Source: Dudresnaya verticillata
Lineage: Eukaryota
DNA: 64,000 nucleotides
NCBI GenBank assembly: GCA_977862235.1
Contig: OZ374564.1
Location: forward strand, 1,364,001-1,428,000
Direction: 5' to 3'
The position numbers and the translations under genes are program-made. Below, piece by piece: positions 11,270 through 22,644 of this stretch. The stretch's first letter is position 1, and each line of letters starts with the position of its first letter. The notes under the pieces are model-generated. The model had not been told where the DNA came from. It saw only the letters and a program-made list of their open reading frames with translations, and searched no databases.

Positions 11270-14067
11270 ATGGAGTCACGCGAACCGATCGCGGACGGCG
11301 CCCCCGCCGAGGGGGCGCCGGTTACCAAGCCCACCTCCTCGACTGAGTCAGTCGTAGGGGGTGCGCCTGCCGAGCCGGTGCCAAGGGCGCCGGCTAGCGG
11401 GGAGGCGCGGCCTTCGACGGCCGCGCCAACCGCAGAGCGACCTTCGACGGTCGCTACAGAAGAGGCGCAACCTTCGACGGTTGCGCCAGAAGAAGCGCCC
11501 CCATCGACGGGTGCGCTGGGCAAGGCCGGGGCTGCTGCACCGGCTTCTTCCACCGGGGCGGGTGGCGTCGACGCCAACCCCACCCCAACGCCCGCCGCTG
11601 ACGTCTGGTCAGAGGCGGTGGCCCTTGCTGCGGCGCAGGGCAAGAGAGTGAAGGACCCGAGTGGGGCGGCCTCTGCCGCCCCGCGCCCAGTAGCGGCGGC
11701 TCGGGTCTTTCAGCCGACTGGCCCGCCTCGCGCGGGGCCTACGGCTCACAGCAATCAACCCGCTTCGACGCGAGGAGGGGCACCCGCGGAGCAGCCTTCG
11801 CGCTCCGCGGTGCCGATGGTGGCGAGGGTGCTCGACCTGAGTCGGTCGAGGTCACCCACGCCATCAGGGTCGAGGAAAGTCCCCGCAGCGGCGGCGCCCT
11901 TTGTGCCGCGCGATCCTAGTGGCTTGGGGCCGTCGACGGCCCCGACGCCGTCTCCCGTGGCCTCTGCCAACGCAGAGGGGGAGGCTGCGGGCGTGGGTGA
12001 GTCCACCGCTGCGCCCGTCGTGCCTCTTGTTGGGGTGTCGGTCTCAGTCGGACCGCCCCTCATGGGCCAGGCGCCCCCTGGACAGCACGCGCCCCCGACC
12101 GAGACGGTCTTCGCCTGGGGGCGCCGCGCCACCAGATCCCGCTGGATCAGTGGCGCGGGCTGCAGGAGCCTCGGGCAGACGTCCGGCGGCTCCTGAGGGT
12201 GGCCCACGCGAGCGTGGACGGAGGGGCGGCAGCCTATGCCGCTTTCCTCCCGGCTCACGCCATAGTCTGGCTCACGCCGTTGGGGTTACCCTGCGACGTT
12301 TCTTACGTCGCCTCCCTTGAGGAGCTTCGGCGGGTGGACAGGGCAGCCGATGCCCTCTTCCTGACACCCGCCGATGAGTGGGCCCCGCCCCTGCCTGCCA
12401 CCATCCCAGAGATGCGCACGGTGCCCGTCGAAGAGCCCGTGGACCTCGCGCACCGTCTGGCCGATGCCGACTCTGCGCGCCGCCTCTTTGGGGTGTGCTT
12501 CGGGGAGCGGGACTGGGACGTGTGCAAGGCCCCGGGCGAAGGACGCCCGTCAAAGGGGTGCAAGTTGCACCCGGCGCTCGACGCGGCCCGGTTCCCATCA
12601 GCGGAGTGGTACTCCCACCGGGAGATGCCATCGGGATTCACTATCCCGTGGATAACCGTAGACCGGTATTTCCACTACGCGACAGTCGGTCGCGTAGCTG
12701 CTCGTCGTGAGCTCCTGGCTAGGCGCTCAGATGAATACGCCTTCGAGGTGGGCCGCCGCTACTGCAGCGAGCTCCTCGCGAAGGGGACAGGCTGGGTCTT
12801 CGACGACCGCCTGATTAATTTCCTCGCGACCGGCTGGTCAAGCGAGAGGCCGTGTTTCCCAGACTTGCTCCGTCCTTCGGATGGCACGTCTTTTGGGTTC
12901 GGCGAGCTACTCGGCGTAGTCCGCCGAGTGGCTGCAGCAACCGAGAAGCACACGCGGAGGCGTCACTTCTCTTCACGCGTCGACGCGTTCGTGTGTGGCT
13001 TCTTGCCAGAGACAGGGGCCCTCTACAAGATCCAGCGCAATCGTGGCGCACGTGACCGGCGGGAGCACGTCGAGCGCTCCGGGTTCGCCTCGATGGCCGA
13101 AATGGCCCGCACTGAGCGCGCCGGTCGTCGCCGTCGTGGCCTGGGTGCTAACCCTGGGTCAGCCGCGGCCGTCATGGCGGCGGAGACCGAGTCATACATC
13201 CCGCCGCCCCCAAGGGCATCCGCGCGTCGTGCGCCAGCCGCCCCTGCGGCAGTCGGCGGACCGGCTGCTGCGGGGCCGTCGACGGCCCGCGCCCCTCCGG
13301 CCGGTGCCGTTGAGGTGTACCAGCCCCCGCCGGCCCCGTCTGGGTCGCCGGCGGTGGCTTATATCCCACCTCCTCCAGTGGTCGACCCACTGGACGAGGC
13401 GGTGAGTGCGGCAGACTGGGCCGATCCGACTGTACGCAGCGCGGCCTCCTTGGCGCGCGTCGGGCAAGGCGTGTCGACACGCACGCTCCTGCAGGCCCTG
13501 GCATCGAGCGCAGTGGCGCTGCAGGAGGACGTCAACGCCTCCAATGCCGTCGCGGTTCGATACCGCGACGAGCGGGACGGCTTTGCCGGCGAGGTGCAGA
13601 GGCTCCGCGGGGAAGTCCAGCGCATGTCTTATGCCCCGGCGCGCAAGAGGCTTCGCGAGGAGTACCAGCCGCCCCCGACGGGGTATGCGTCGATGCAGCC
13701 GATGCAGTCGTACGCTCCGGGCCCTTCTGGCCCGGCTGCCCCTTGGCAAGGCGCCGGGCAACTGATGTACCCAGGCGCTCAGGGCGGCGCAGGCGCGCCG
13801 CCCAGTGCTGCAGGCGTCGTGCCACAGCAAGCGGTTCTTCCGCAAGTGAGGGGCCCGTCGATGGGCCCTTACCGCCCTGCAGCTCCCATAGGTGGGGGCG
13901 CAGTGGCGTACGGAGGCTCGGCGCCTCCGCTTCCCGCCGGGGGTCTTCCACCACCGCCAGCGGCAACCACAACGGTGGTTGAGGGCTACGTGCCCGCGGC
14001 GTCGGAGGCAGCGGGCTCTGCGCCCGCCTTTCCCGGCGTGGGTCCTGGGGGCGAGGCCGCCCAGTAG
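11270..14067 (+). CDS. Antisense accessory protein of element A (~932 aa once a 1-nt frameshift at the 12117-12121 G-run is corrected), function unknown
   Basis: ATG at MESREPIADG and TATTTA at 11100. The copy at 41928 has G6 and reads through the junction. Ala/Pro-rich N-terminus, aromatic/Cys core, basic NLS-like motifs and a coiled-coil-like stretch. Confidence 0.75.
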
Positions 14068-15536
14068 TTATGCCGTAGTGGCTTATGCTGTAGAAGCATC
14101 CTAGTTCGAGGCGGTCGATCGCCTCGCTAGTTTTTAGGCCGCCGCTGCGTGTCTGGTTCATTAAAGGGCAAGGGGTGGGCGAAGACTTCGGTCCGCGACG
14201 ACGCGTTTTCAACAGCTGCGCCTTCGACCGCGCGGCTGCGTGCGAGCTATGCTCGCTGTAGCAGGTGGTGGGGCTTCGACGCCCCACCTCCTCATGGGTG
14301 CTATTGTGCCTGACCCGCGTCGAAGCGGGTGGCGGTCCGCAGTGCTGGCGTCGACACCACACAGGGGGCTGCCAGCGCGCGCAACGCCGCGTCGATGCGG
14401 AGCGTCAGCGCGGATCGGGTGCCCCTAGTGGCATCGCGGCTTTGCGCCGGAGGTGACCGCGTCGACGGGGTCCCCTCCGCCGGGAGTAGCCACGAGCGTG
14501 GCGGCGGCTTGTGCAGCCAACCCCACGCCAGGGGCGTCGATGCCCCTGGATGAGTGGGCAGAGGCCCGGGGGTGTCGGACCCCATTGGGCGTTCCCAATT
14601 ATTTGTGTTTTGGCTACAGTAGACACTGTAGTCTGAACACAAATCTGCGCCTCTGCGCTTGTGGGGCGCACGCGTCCCAAATATGGGTAAGCGCGCGCCT
14701 GTATTTGGCAGGGGCCGGTCGTCTGCCGCGGTGCCCTCGGCCTTCCCATCGTCGCGGTGGTTGTGCCGCTCACGCGTCGAAGCGCAGCGGTGCAACTCGA
14801 AGGACGCCGGCCTTCTTGGCTCTGGCGCCCCACATCGTCGTGGGGGCTGTGCGCGTTGGCACCCCGCCCGGCTAGGCGCCAGGGCGGTGGATGTTGGCCG
14901 ACGATTACGCGCGACGGCGGCGCGGCGTTGGTGAAGGGGTCGCCGACGCCTGTCCTCCGCCATCTGCGTGCAGCTGCCGCTTGACGTCGATGTCGGTGGC
15001 GCTTCGGCTTGGATGGCTCAGTGGCTTCTCCAGCCGGGTCGCGTCGAGCTTCGACGCTCGTTTCGCGTGCGCATATGGCGAAGGCCCTCCGTCCGAGTCG
15101 ACTCGGCGTGCGCGTGCCCTCGTTTTTGCCTGGGCTTCTGCCGCGTGGCGGTGGAGAAGGGGGCGTCGACGCCTGCCCTTCGCCACCTGTGCGCGGCTTC
15201 GCGGCGGCGTTGGTCAGACAACCCCCGACGGTGCGGGATGTCTTCCGCGTAGCGGAACTTCGCTACTACCGGGCGTCGAGCCGGTAGTGGCGAGGGGCGT
15301 CGTGCCCAGCGTCCCTGCGATGCGCAGTTCGCAGAGCACCCCTGCTCCTTGGCCTCTGCCATTGGCGCGGGGTGCTTTCTGCTTGGGCCGCCGGCATAGG
15401 CAGCCGCAATTCATGCCCTTACCGTGGGGCTTAGGCCCCACGTGTTCCCGTCGCTGGGAAGAAGGCAAAGGATGCCTGGATGAGGGTAATAACAGGCAAA
15501 GAATGCCTGAGGCAAAGAATGCCTGGGGCCCCCTCC

Positions 15537-18500
15537 TTAAGCACGAGGCGCCCCCGCCGAGTGGGCGAGTGGAGGGGATGGGGCGTCGAGCCCAGAGCCC
15601 TTCCGACGCTTCTGCGCGCGGAAGTATTGGCTCACCATCTCCTCCGGAAAATGGGATCGAGGTTCCCAAGTCGGCTTAGAGTAGCCGGTCCACTTGACCT
15701 GGAAGAGCATCGTGCCGTCTTCGGCCGTGCCATGGTCAAGTACCTTGTCCACCACGAACCGCGGGCCGTCGACGGCCTTGGACGCGAGATCGTCGGCGGT
15801 GGGCAAGTACGCGCTTCGACGCGCGGTGTCTTCCCGCAGAGGCGGGGGACAGAAGACGGCTCGGTCCGCTGCGATGCGTTCGACCAAGCCGTCTCTGTCG
15901 ATAAACAACGTGCGCTCGTCGTTGAGCAGCACGCGATAAGGCCCGATGGCCGGGCTCTGCATCTTCGGTGGTTTCATCACCCCGTCAGTTGCGTCGATGA
16001 AGACATAGTCTCCGGCCTTGATGCGGGAGTTGACCTTCCGGACCCGTCGGTCAAAGTCCTTTTTGTAACGCCTCTGCGTTTTGGCCAGGGCGGCAGAAGC
16101 CAGGCCCATAGCGGTGTCTAACCGCTTGAGGAAGTCCGTTCGGACATCCTCACTAGGTTTCGGGCGGTCGACCGCCGAGTGAAACTTAGTAAATTCCGGC
16201 GGAGGCCGTGACAGCACTAAGCGGAATGGAGTCGTCCGCGTCGAGCGGTGCACGTGACAGTTGTAGGAATACGTCAACGCAGAGGCGTATCGATCCCAAT
16301 CGTTTTGGTGATCGTTGACGTAGTTCCTCAACATGGCCATGACGGTCCGGTTGTAGCGTTCAGCCTGCCCATTCGACTGGGGGTGATACGTGGAGGTGAA
16401 CCCGTTGTTCAAACCCAAATACCGGCAGACGGCTTGGAAGAACTTCGATGTGAACTGCTTTCCGTTATCGGAAAGCAAGGACCTAGGCGGCCCGTAGTGG
16501 AAGACCCACTGTTCACAGAAGACAACTGCGACGTTGTAAGCCGTAATGGTGCGCAGAGGCGCGACTTGCGTCAGCTTAGTAAAGCGGTCCGTCATGACGA
16601 CGAGGAATTTGCGACCACACTTGGTCTTGGGCAGGGGGCCCAGTATGTCGATAGCGACGGATTCCAGCGGCCTGGTGGCCGGGAACAGCATCAGTCTATG
16701 AAGGTGTCTGCGCAGTCGAATTCGGTTACGGCCACAGTGCCTGCAGTTTCTTACTGTCATGGCGATGCTGGCCGCCATATGCGGCCAGTAGTAGGTCTCA
16801 CGCAGGGAATAGAACATCTTGTTCTGCCCTGGGTGGCCCGCGAGGAGGGAGTGGTGCGCGAGCGTGAGCAGCCGAGGCTGTAACGACTCGGGCACCACTA
16901 TCTGGTCTAGCGAAGCTATGACCGGATGATGGCGGCATACAAGCCCATCCCCGTCCTCGCAAAAATGGCTATCCCGTCGACGGGACTGCCTGGCCAGTAC
17001 GGTCTGGCAGAAGGAGTCGTGCCGCTGCGCGTTCACAAATTCCTCGACGGAAATAGGTGAAGGGAGCTTCACTGGCTCCATGGAGGTCAAGTCCGATGGC
17101 TCGTCTCCCGCATCGACGCGGAGGAGATCGAAGAGGTCGACTTCGTCGGTGTCGCCCCACGCCGCTTCGTCGGCCAAGTCCGGGGGTTCGTCTGCCGCGA
17201 CAGTCTTGGGCGCGGTGCCGGTGATGCTTCCCCGGACTGGCTTCGGGACGGGCTGCGCTGGGGCCGAACGCGTAGATGCGTTGGCCGGCGAGCGGGTGGT
17301 TACCAAGACGGGAGCCGCAGGTTCTGTACCCGAACGTGCCACCGGCGTCTCAGCCGAGGACTCCCCTTTCTGGCGGTCGATCGCCGGGGGGTCAAAGGTA
17401 GGGACGTCGTCGTCAAACTCCTCCTGTTTCCGCTGGGGCCGAACCAAGCGGGACAGGGCATCCGGGACTTGGTGTACCCGCCCGGGGCGGTACTCGATCT
17501 GGAAGTCGAATTCCGCGAGCCGCAGGCGCTACCGGGTCAGTCGACCCGAAGAGTCGGTCAGCGACATCAGCCATCGAAGCGCATCGTGATCGGTTCGAAC
17601 CGTGAATCGCGTGCCTTCGATGTATGGCCGCAGGGTTGTGATCGACCACACCACTGCGAAGCACTCACGCTCAGTGGCGGAGTAATTGCGCTCCGCCGAG
17701 TTGAGCGAGTAGGACCAGTACCCGACTGGATGTAGCTGGCCGTCCTCCTGCTCCTGCAGTAGGGCGCATCCGAGCTGATAAGCCGATGCGTCCGTATCGA
17801 AGACGTAGGGTCTACCCGTCTTGGGGAGCCGTAGGATAGGGGGCGATATGAGCTTCGCTCGGAGCGTCTCATATGCCTCGAGCGCGTCGGCGCTTGGATT
17901 GTCGAAATCCACATCCGCGTCTTTGCGGGTCATGTTCGTCAGAGGACGCGAGAGCTTCGCGAAGTTGCGCACGAAGCGGCGATAGACATTGCACGCGCCG
18001 AGGAACGACCTCACCTTAGTCAGGGAGGTCGGGAACTGCGCATGGCGGAAAGCGTCGCTGCTCGTCTGCGCCATGCGTAGCTTCCCCGGTTCGATGACGT
18101 GGCCTAGATAGCCAACGCGTGACTGAAAGAAGTGGCACTTCTTCAGTTTCAGGGATACTCCTCCCTTGTGCAACAGAGTCAGCACTTGGTATAGATGACC
18201 AACGTGCTCCGCGATCGACCGCGAGAAAATGATCACATCGTCTAGATAGATCAGGCAGCACTGCCATCTGACTCCGCTGAGGATGATGTCCAGTGCGCGC
18301 TGGAAAGTCGCGGGGGCGTTCTTCAGCCCGAAGGGCATTCGCAAGTAGCGAAACGTCCCTAAGAACGAAGTGAACGTGGTCTTATCCCTGTCAGCCTCTG
18401 CGATAGGGATTTGCCAGTACCCCGCGTTGCAGTCCAACGTCGGGAAGACGGCTGCGTCGCCTAGACTGTCGATGCAGTCGTACATCCTCGGTAGAGGGTA

Positions 18501-20160
18501 CGCATCACTTAGTGTTTTCGTGTTGAGACGTCGATAGTCCACGCAAAACCTAAGTGTGCCGTCCTTCTTGGGCGCCAGGACGACTGGCGATGCCCATTCC
18601 GAGGTGGCGGGTTCGATAACCCCTGCACGAAGCATGTTATCCACCTCGTCCTGCACCAGCTTGCTCATGGCAGGGCCCTGTCGGTAGGGCATGGAGCGGA
18701 TGGGGCGAGTGCCCCGTTCCACGTCTATTTGGTGTCGGGTGGCGGCAATAGTGCCCAGTCTCCCGTCCCACATGGACTGATGCTTCCTGAGCATGGAGAG
18801 GACCTCCGTGCGGGTCACCTCGTCTTCGATAGACGAGAGATCGACCTGCGCCTCCCAGCCCTCGACGGACGGGTTGGCCTTCGCTGCGGCGGTAGCTGCA
18901 CCCTGCAGCGGCTGGGCGTCGGTGCCCTTCGCCGTCGACGGCGAGGTGGATGGTTCCACGGCACCCTGATTGACCGGGGGCCTCTGCCCCCGTGGTGGTA
19001 GGGTGGTGATGTTCATCACCCGCTCAAACTCCTCCGCGACTTTGCGGTCTGGAGTTATCAGTGCCACCGGGTTCCTAACCTCGTAGCCGACAACGGTACG
19101 CTTAGGCAGGGACCGAGGCTTGTCGGTGAAGTTCCCGACGATGACCCCGAAGCGTGGCATCGACTCGACGTCATGCACCCCGTTGGTACGTCTCACGCCG
19201 TGGCGGAACTGCAACGAGGGTTTGGGGTCGGTGTGGATCAGCCCACTTGCTCCTGAAGTCACGGAGACGAGCCTTTGTGAATAGGCTGGGAGCACCATCT
19301 GCCTAGAGAGGCGGATGGTGTGGGTGTCGTGATCCCAGTCGAGGAGCTCCCTCTGATGCTTTCTCGACAAACCCGTCGACGGGTTCTTGGGCTTCGGTGC
19401 CGGCTTGCGGTCCTCGGCAGGTCTACTGCGCTTAAGGAGGGGCACCGAGCCCCCACGTCGGAGCGATAGGCGTTTCGACTCGACGTCGATGCCTCGCACG
19501 TGCGCATTGAGGAACTGCGTTCCCACCAGGACGTCGACGGCCAAGGTGTCTGCCACTATGAATGGCACGCGGAACGTCGTGTTCCCCAGCCTCATCGAGA
19601 GGTGCGCCACCCCTGATAGGCTCAGTGGGGTCTTATCAGCCCCGGCGAGGCGAGGAGTCGACTCCATCGCCGCCGCGTGCGGATCCCATCCGGGCGGCAG
19701 CGCCCGCTTCGCGATGAGGTTGTACCCGGAACCGGTGTCCACCGCAATGGTGTGGGGTATCATTACCCCTGGGTCAGCGCCTAGCGACCCAGACACGCGG
19801 TATATCTCCGAGGACAAGAGGCACACATACCCGTCGGGGGTAGTGGCCGGCTCCGTGTCGACGCAGTGAGCCATGGCACCTTCGCGTCGAGCAGAGGGAG
19901 CCTCAGGTTCCGTCGACGGACACCTACGCGCTCGGCGTCCTATCTGTCGCCTGCGTCGACGCCGCGGGGGCCAAGGTGGCCTGGAGCGCGTGGCTTTCGA
20001 CGGCTCTTCGCGCAGGGGGCCCTCAGCGCTGCTTGGCGAGGGGGTCCTTCGTTGGTTGGGACTCGACGTCCTGCCTGCCGTCGACGGCTTGGCGGAGGAT
20101 GGTGGGTCTGGGGTAGAGAGAGACGGTGCGCGCGACCGCACGAACGGCGCCGCCTTTACT
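15537..20160 (-). CDS. pol: Pol polyprotein of element A (PR-RT-RNase H-IN-chromodomain) with a single in-frame TAG at 17529-17531
   Basis: AVDTGSG, YLDD, FDTDASA, HHCC zinc finger, DILGP...SDNG...QAER, and chromodomain FVVDKVLDH...KWTGY...TWEP (15621-15758). ORFs 17529..20141 and 15537..17447 are in the same frame. Confidence 0.93.
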
Positions 20161-22576
20161 CTTTTTCCGGTTCGACCCGGTCAAAATTATTTTCGGAATC
20201 CGAGCTATCTTCCTCGGATCCCATTGGCTGGCCAGGGGCCGGGCCGGCTCCTCGCGTCGATCGCGGCGGCGAATCAAAAAGGAGCGGGGGCTGCTCGACC
20301 TGCCCCCGGGCGGACTCGCCCTTGCTCTGCGCATCGAGCGCTCGCGGGAGCCACTCGTCGGCTGCTAGCCCGGTGTGCTCCTGCACGGTCATCACTGCCC
20401 GAAGCAGTTCGCGCTGCGGGTCGGGCCTCGAGGGCGTCGACTCCCGAGGTTGGCGACCGGCTTGGTCGTCAAACCCGACCCGCTTGTCGCGAGTGAGGAA
20501 CCGCGGGACGTCTGCCCTTCGGTATTCGCGGCGCGGATTTCGACGATCCCCGCGGTACTGTCGCGGCTCCCCGCGATACCTTTGCGCGTCGAAGCGCTGC
20601 GGGGGACCCCTCGCGTTGAAACGTCGGGCCCCACCCCGCTGCGCGTCGAAGCGTCTTGCGGGGTAACTTGCCTTGGCGCCTGCCGGCATGCGCTCGTCGA
20701 TGAGCTGCTGCAAGTTGTTGCGCGCGTGCGGCTGCGTCTCCAGTCTATGGTTGCAGTTCGCATACGCGCAGTACAACTGCTGTTCCTTAGTCAGGAATGG
20801 GCACGAGTACATGATGTGCCCAAGTTCTCGGCAGAACCAGCAGATGTACCACCCCTGTCGATCAGGGGTGACAGCGCGGGCCATGGCCTCTTGCGCCGGT
20901 GTGAACGGAGGGATCCTCCTCGGCAGGACGGCATCGATGCGTCCTGATATGTCGAGGGTCTCCTCGGCTTGCGCCGCCCCGGCTGTCGACAGCGCGGGCA
21001 CGACCATGACGGGTTCGAAACCATCGTCATCGGGCGCCACCAACATCGTGCCGTCGAAGGCCGCTTCCCTATCGGGTGTGTGTGGCGCCTCGATAAGCAG
21101 CGTGCGGCCGCTTGGCGAACTGCTTCCCCTACCGCGCCCCGAAACGATGGCCGGCGTCGACGCCTTGGCCATACGGGCGCGGTAGGTTGTGCCCTCACTG
21201 TGGGCGATCCAACGAACGGTACTGAAGTTGGTCTGCTCGACCATCGGCATCTGCCTTACCTTCTCCGCTACCGCGGGTCGGGTGGTCGGAAGCAGACCAC
21301 GCAGGAACTGGTGCGTCAGGTTCTCGTCGGAGTAGACGCCGGCACAGTCATCTGCGTAGCCCTCTAGACGAGAGGCGAACTCGAGTTCTGACTCGGCGTC
21401 CCGCTGCCGGGTGGTGGTCAGTCGGTCGTGCGCGTCGGCGATCACGTCGTCGGTGACGAACCTCTCGACGAGGGTATTGACCAACGAGGCCCAGCACGGG
21501 GGGGTGCCGCGACTAGTCGTCCGGACCCCCGAGAAAAGGTGACTCGAATACACCTGGGATGCCGTTCCGTCTAGGAACCAGGACACCACTCGCGCCGCTG
21601 CGCCTTCCGACAGGCCGACGCCGTTGAAGGCTTGGCGTAGCTGTCTAAGCACGCCAAGCAAGCGGATGGGCTCCTTGCCGTCGTAGCGATCTAGCCGCGG
21701 CATGAGAGCCTTCATCCGGCTCACAATCTTGGCGGTGTTGCCATTGCAGACTTGCTGCTGATTGTCCCGCTGCCTTATGTCGTCTAGACGATAGGAGCGG
21801 TAGTCGATCGCCTTCGCGAATTCGGGGACCAAGGTGCTCAGCGGCTCGACGCCCGGCATCAATGGCCCCCAGTGCCAGTAGGCCGACACGGGACCTTCGT
21901 TTGGTGAGGGGCTAGACGCCCCTCCAACTCCGCGCCCGTCGAGGACGCGTTGTAGTAGCTTGGGGTCGACCCCGTAGAAGGGGTCGTCATCTCTTGTAGG
22001 GCGAGGGGACCCTTGCCCACTCCTAGGCGGAGAGGCCGGTGGAGAAAAAGGGTTTCGCTGAGCACGACGATCAGCGAGGAGGGCTTTGGCCAGTTCGCGA
22101 ACCGGATCCGCTTGAGACGGCGATCGCGGAGGACGGCTCCGCACCGGCGACGGGCTAGGCGCCCGTCGGTCATACCGCGCCGGTGCGTGCTCAATCAACT
22201 CAACGCGTTGGCGTAGCTCGTCGAGGAGCCCTTGAGTTCGGGTTAATCCTTCCTCGACGGAGGCGAGAGTTCCGCGTCGAAGCGACTCCAGGTCACGTTG
22301 ACCTTGTGCCCGCGCGTCTGCGACTGAGGCCATGAAGGTGTCGTACACTTCCGAAAGTGAGTCCATCGTCTCCTCGTAGAGTAGCTGGAGGTCGGTCGCA
22401 GAGACCGGTGTCCCTCCTAGGGCCTTGGCTATAGCCGCCCTGCGCTCGATGCGCGGTTCCTCTAGGGGAGCTCCTGAGACGCCGACGTTACTCAGCAAGG
22501 AAGTGCGACGACCGCTAACTTCACCTGCCGCGGCGTCTGCCGGACCGGCAGCGGCCGAAGTAGGTAGCGGCGGCAT
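20156..22576 (-). CDS. gag: Gag polyprotein of element A (806 aa)
   Basis: Open ORF just after the PBS. Capsid-like Q...ESELEFASRL motif and zinc knuckle CWFCRELGHIMYSC. Confidence 0.92.
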   Translation of the reverse strand: MPPLPTSAAAGPADAAAGEVSGRRTSLLSNVGVSGAPLEEPRIERRAAIAKALGGTPVSATDLQLLYEETMDSLSEVYDTFMASVADARAQGQRDLESLRRGTLASVEEGLTRTQGLLDELRQRVELIEHAPARYDRRAPSPSPVRSRPPRSPSQADPVRELAKALLADRRAQRNPFSPPASPPRSGQGSPRPTRDDDPFYGVDPKLLQRVLDGRGVGGASSPSPNEGPVSAYWHWGPLMPGVEPLSTLVPEFAKAIDYRSYRLDDIRQRDNQQQVCNGNTAKIVSRMKALMPRLDRYDGKEPIRLLGVLRQLRQAFNGVGLSEGAAARVVSWFLDGTASQVYSSHLFSGVRTTSRGTPPCWASLVNTLVERFVTDDVIADAHDRLTTTRQRDAESELEFASRLEGYADDCAGVYSDENLTHQFLRGLLPTTRPAVAEKVRQMPMVEQTNFSTVRWIAHSEGTTYRARMAKASTPAIVSGRGRGSSSPSGRTLLIEAPHTPDREAAFDGTMLVAPDDDGFEPVMVVPALSTAGAAQAEETLDISGRIDAVLPRRIPPFTPAQEAMARAVTPDRQGWYICWFCRELGHIMYSCPFLTKEQQLYCAYANCNHRLETQPHARNNLQQLIDERMPAGAKASYPARRFDAQRGGARRFNARGPPQRFDAQRYRGEPRQYRGDRRNPRREYRRADVPRFLTRDKRVGFDDQAGRQPRESTPSRPDPQRELLRAVMTVQEHTGLAADEWLPRALDAQSKGESARGQVEQPPLLFDSPPRSTRGAGPAPGQPMGSEEDSSDSENNFDRVEPEKE

Positions 22577-22632
22577 TCTTGGCCTCGACCGCGTCGACGC
22601 GAGCGGTGATAGGGTCTTCTGCGACTTCTAGG

Positions 22633-22643
22633 TCGGGAGACCA
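22633..22643 (-). promoter_or_regulatory. Primer-binding site of element A (tRNA-Tyr candidate)
   Basis: TGGTCTCCCGA, 1 nt from the 5' LTR. Confidence 0.8.
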
Positions 22644-22644
22644 G

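Noticed and set aside
12199..14067. env-like gene
   Set aside because: It is antisense, and I see no signal peptide or transmembrane helix.
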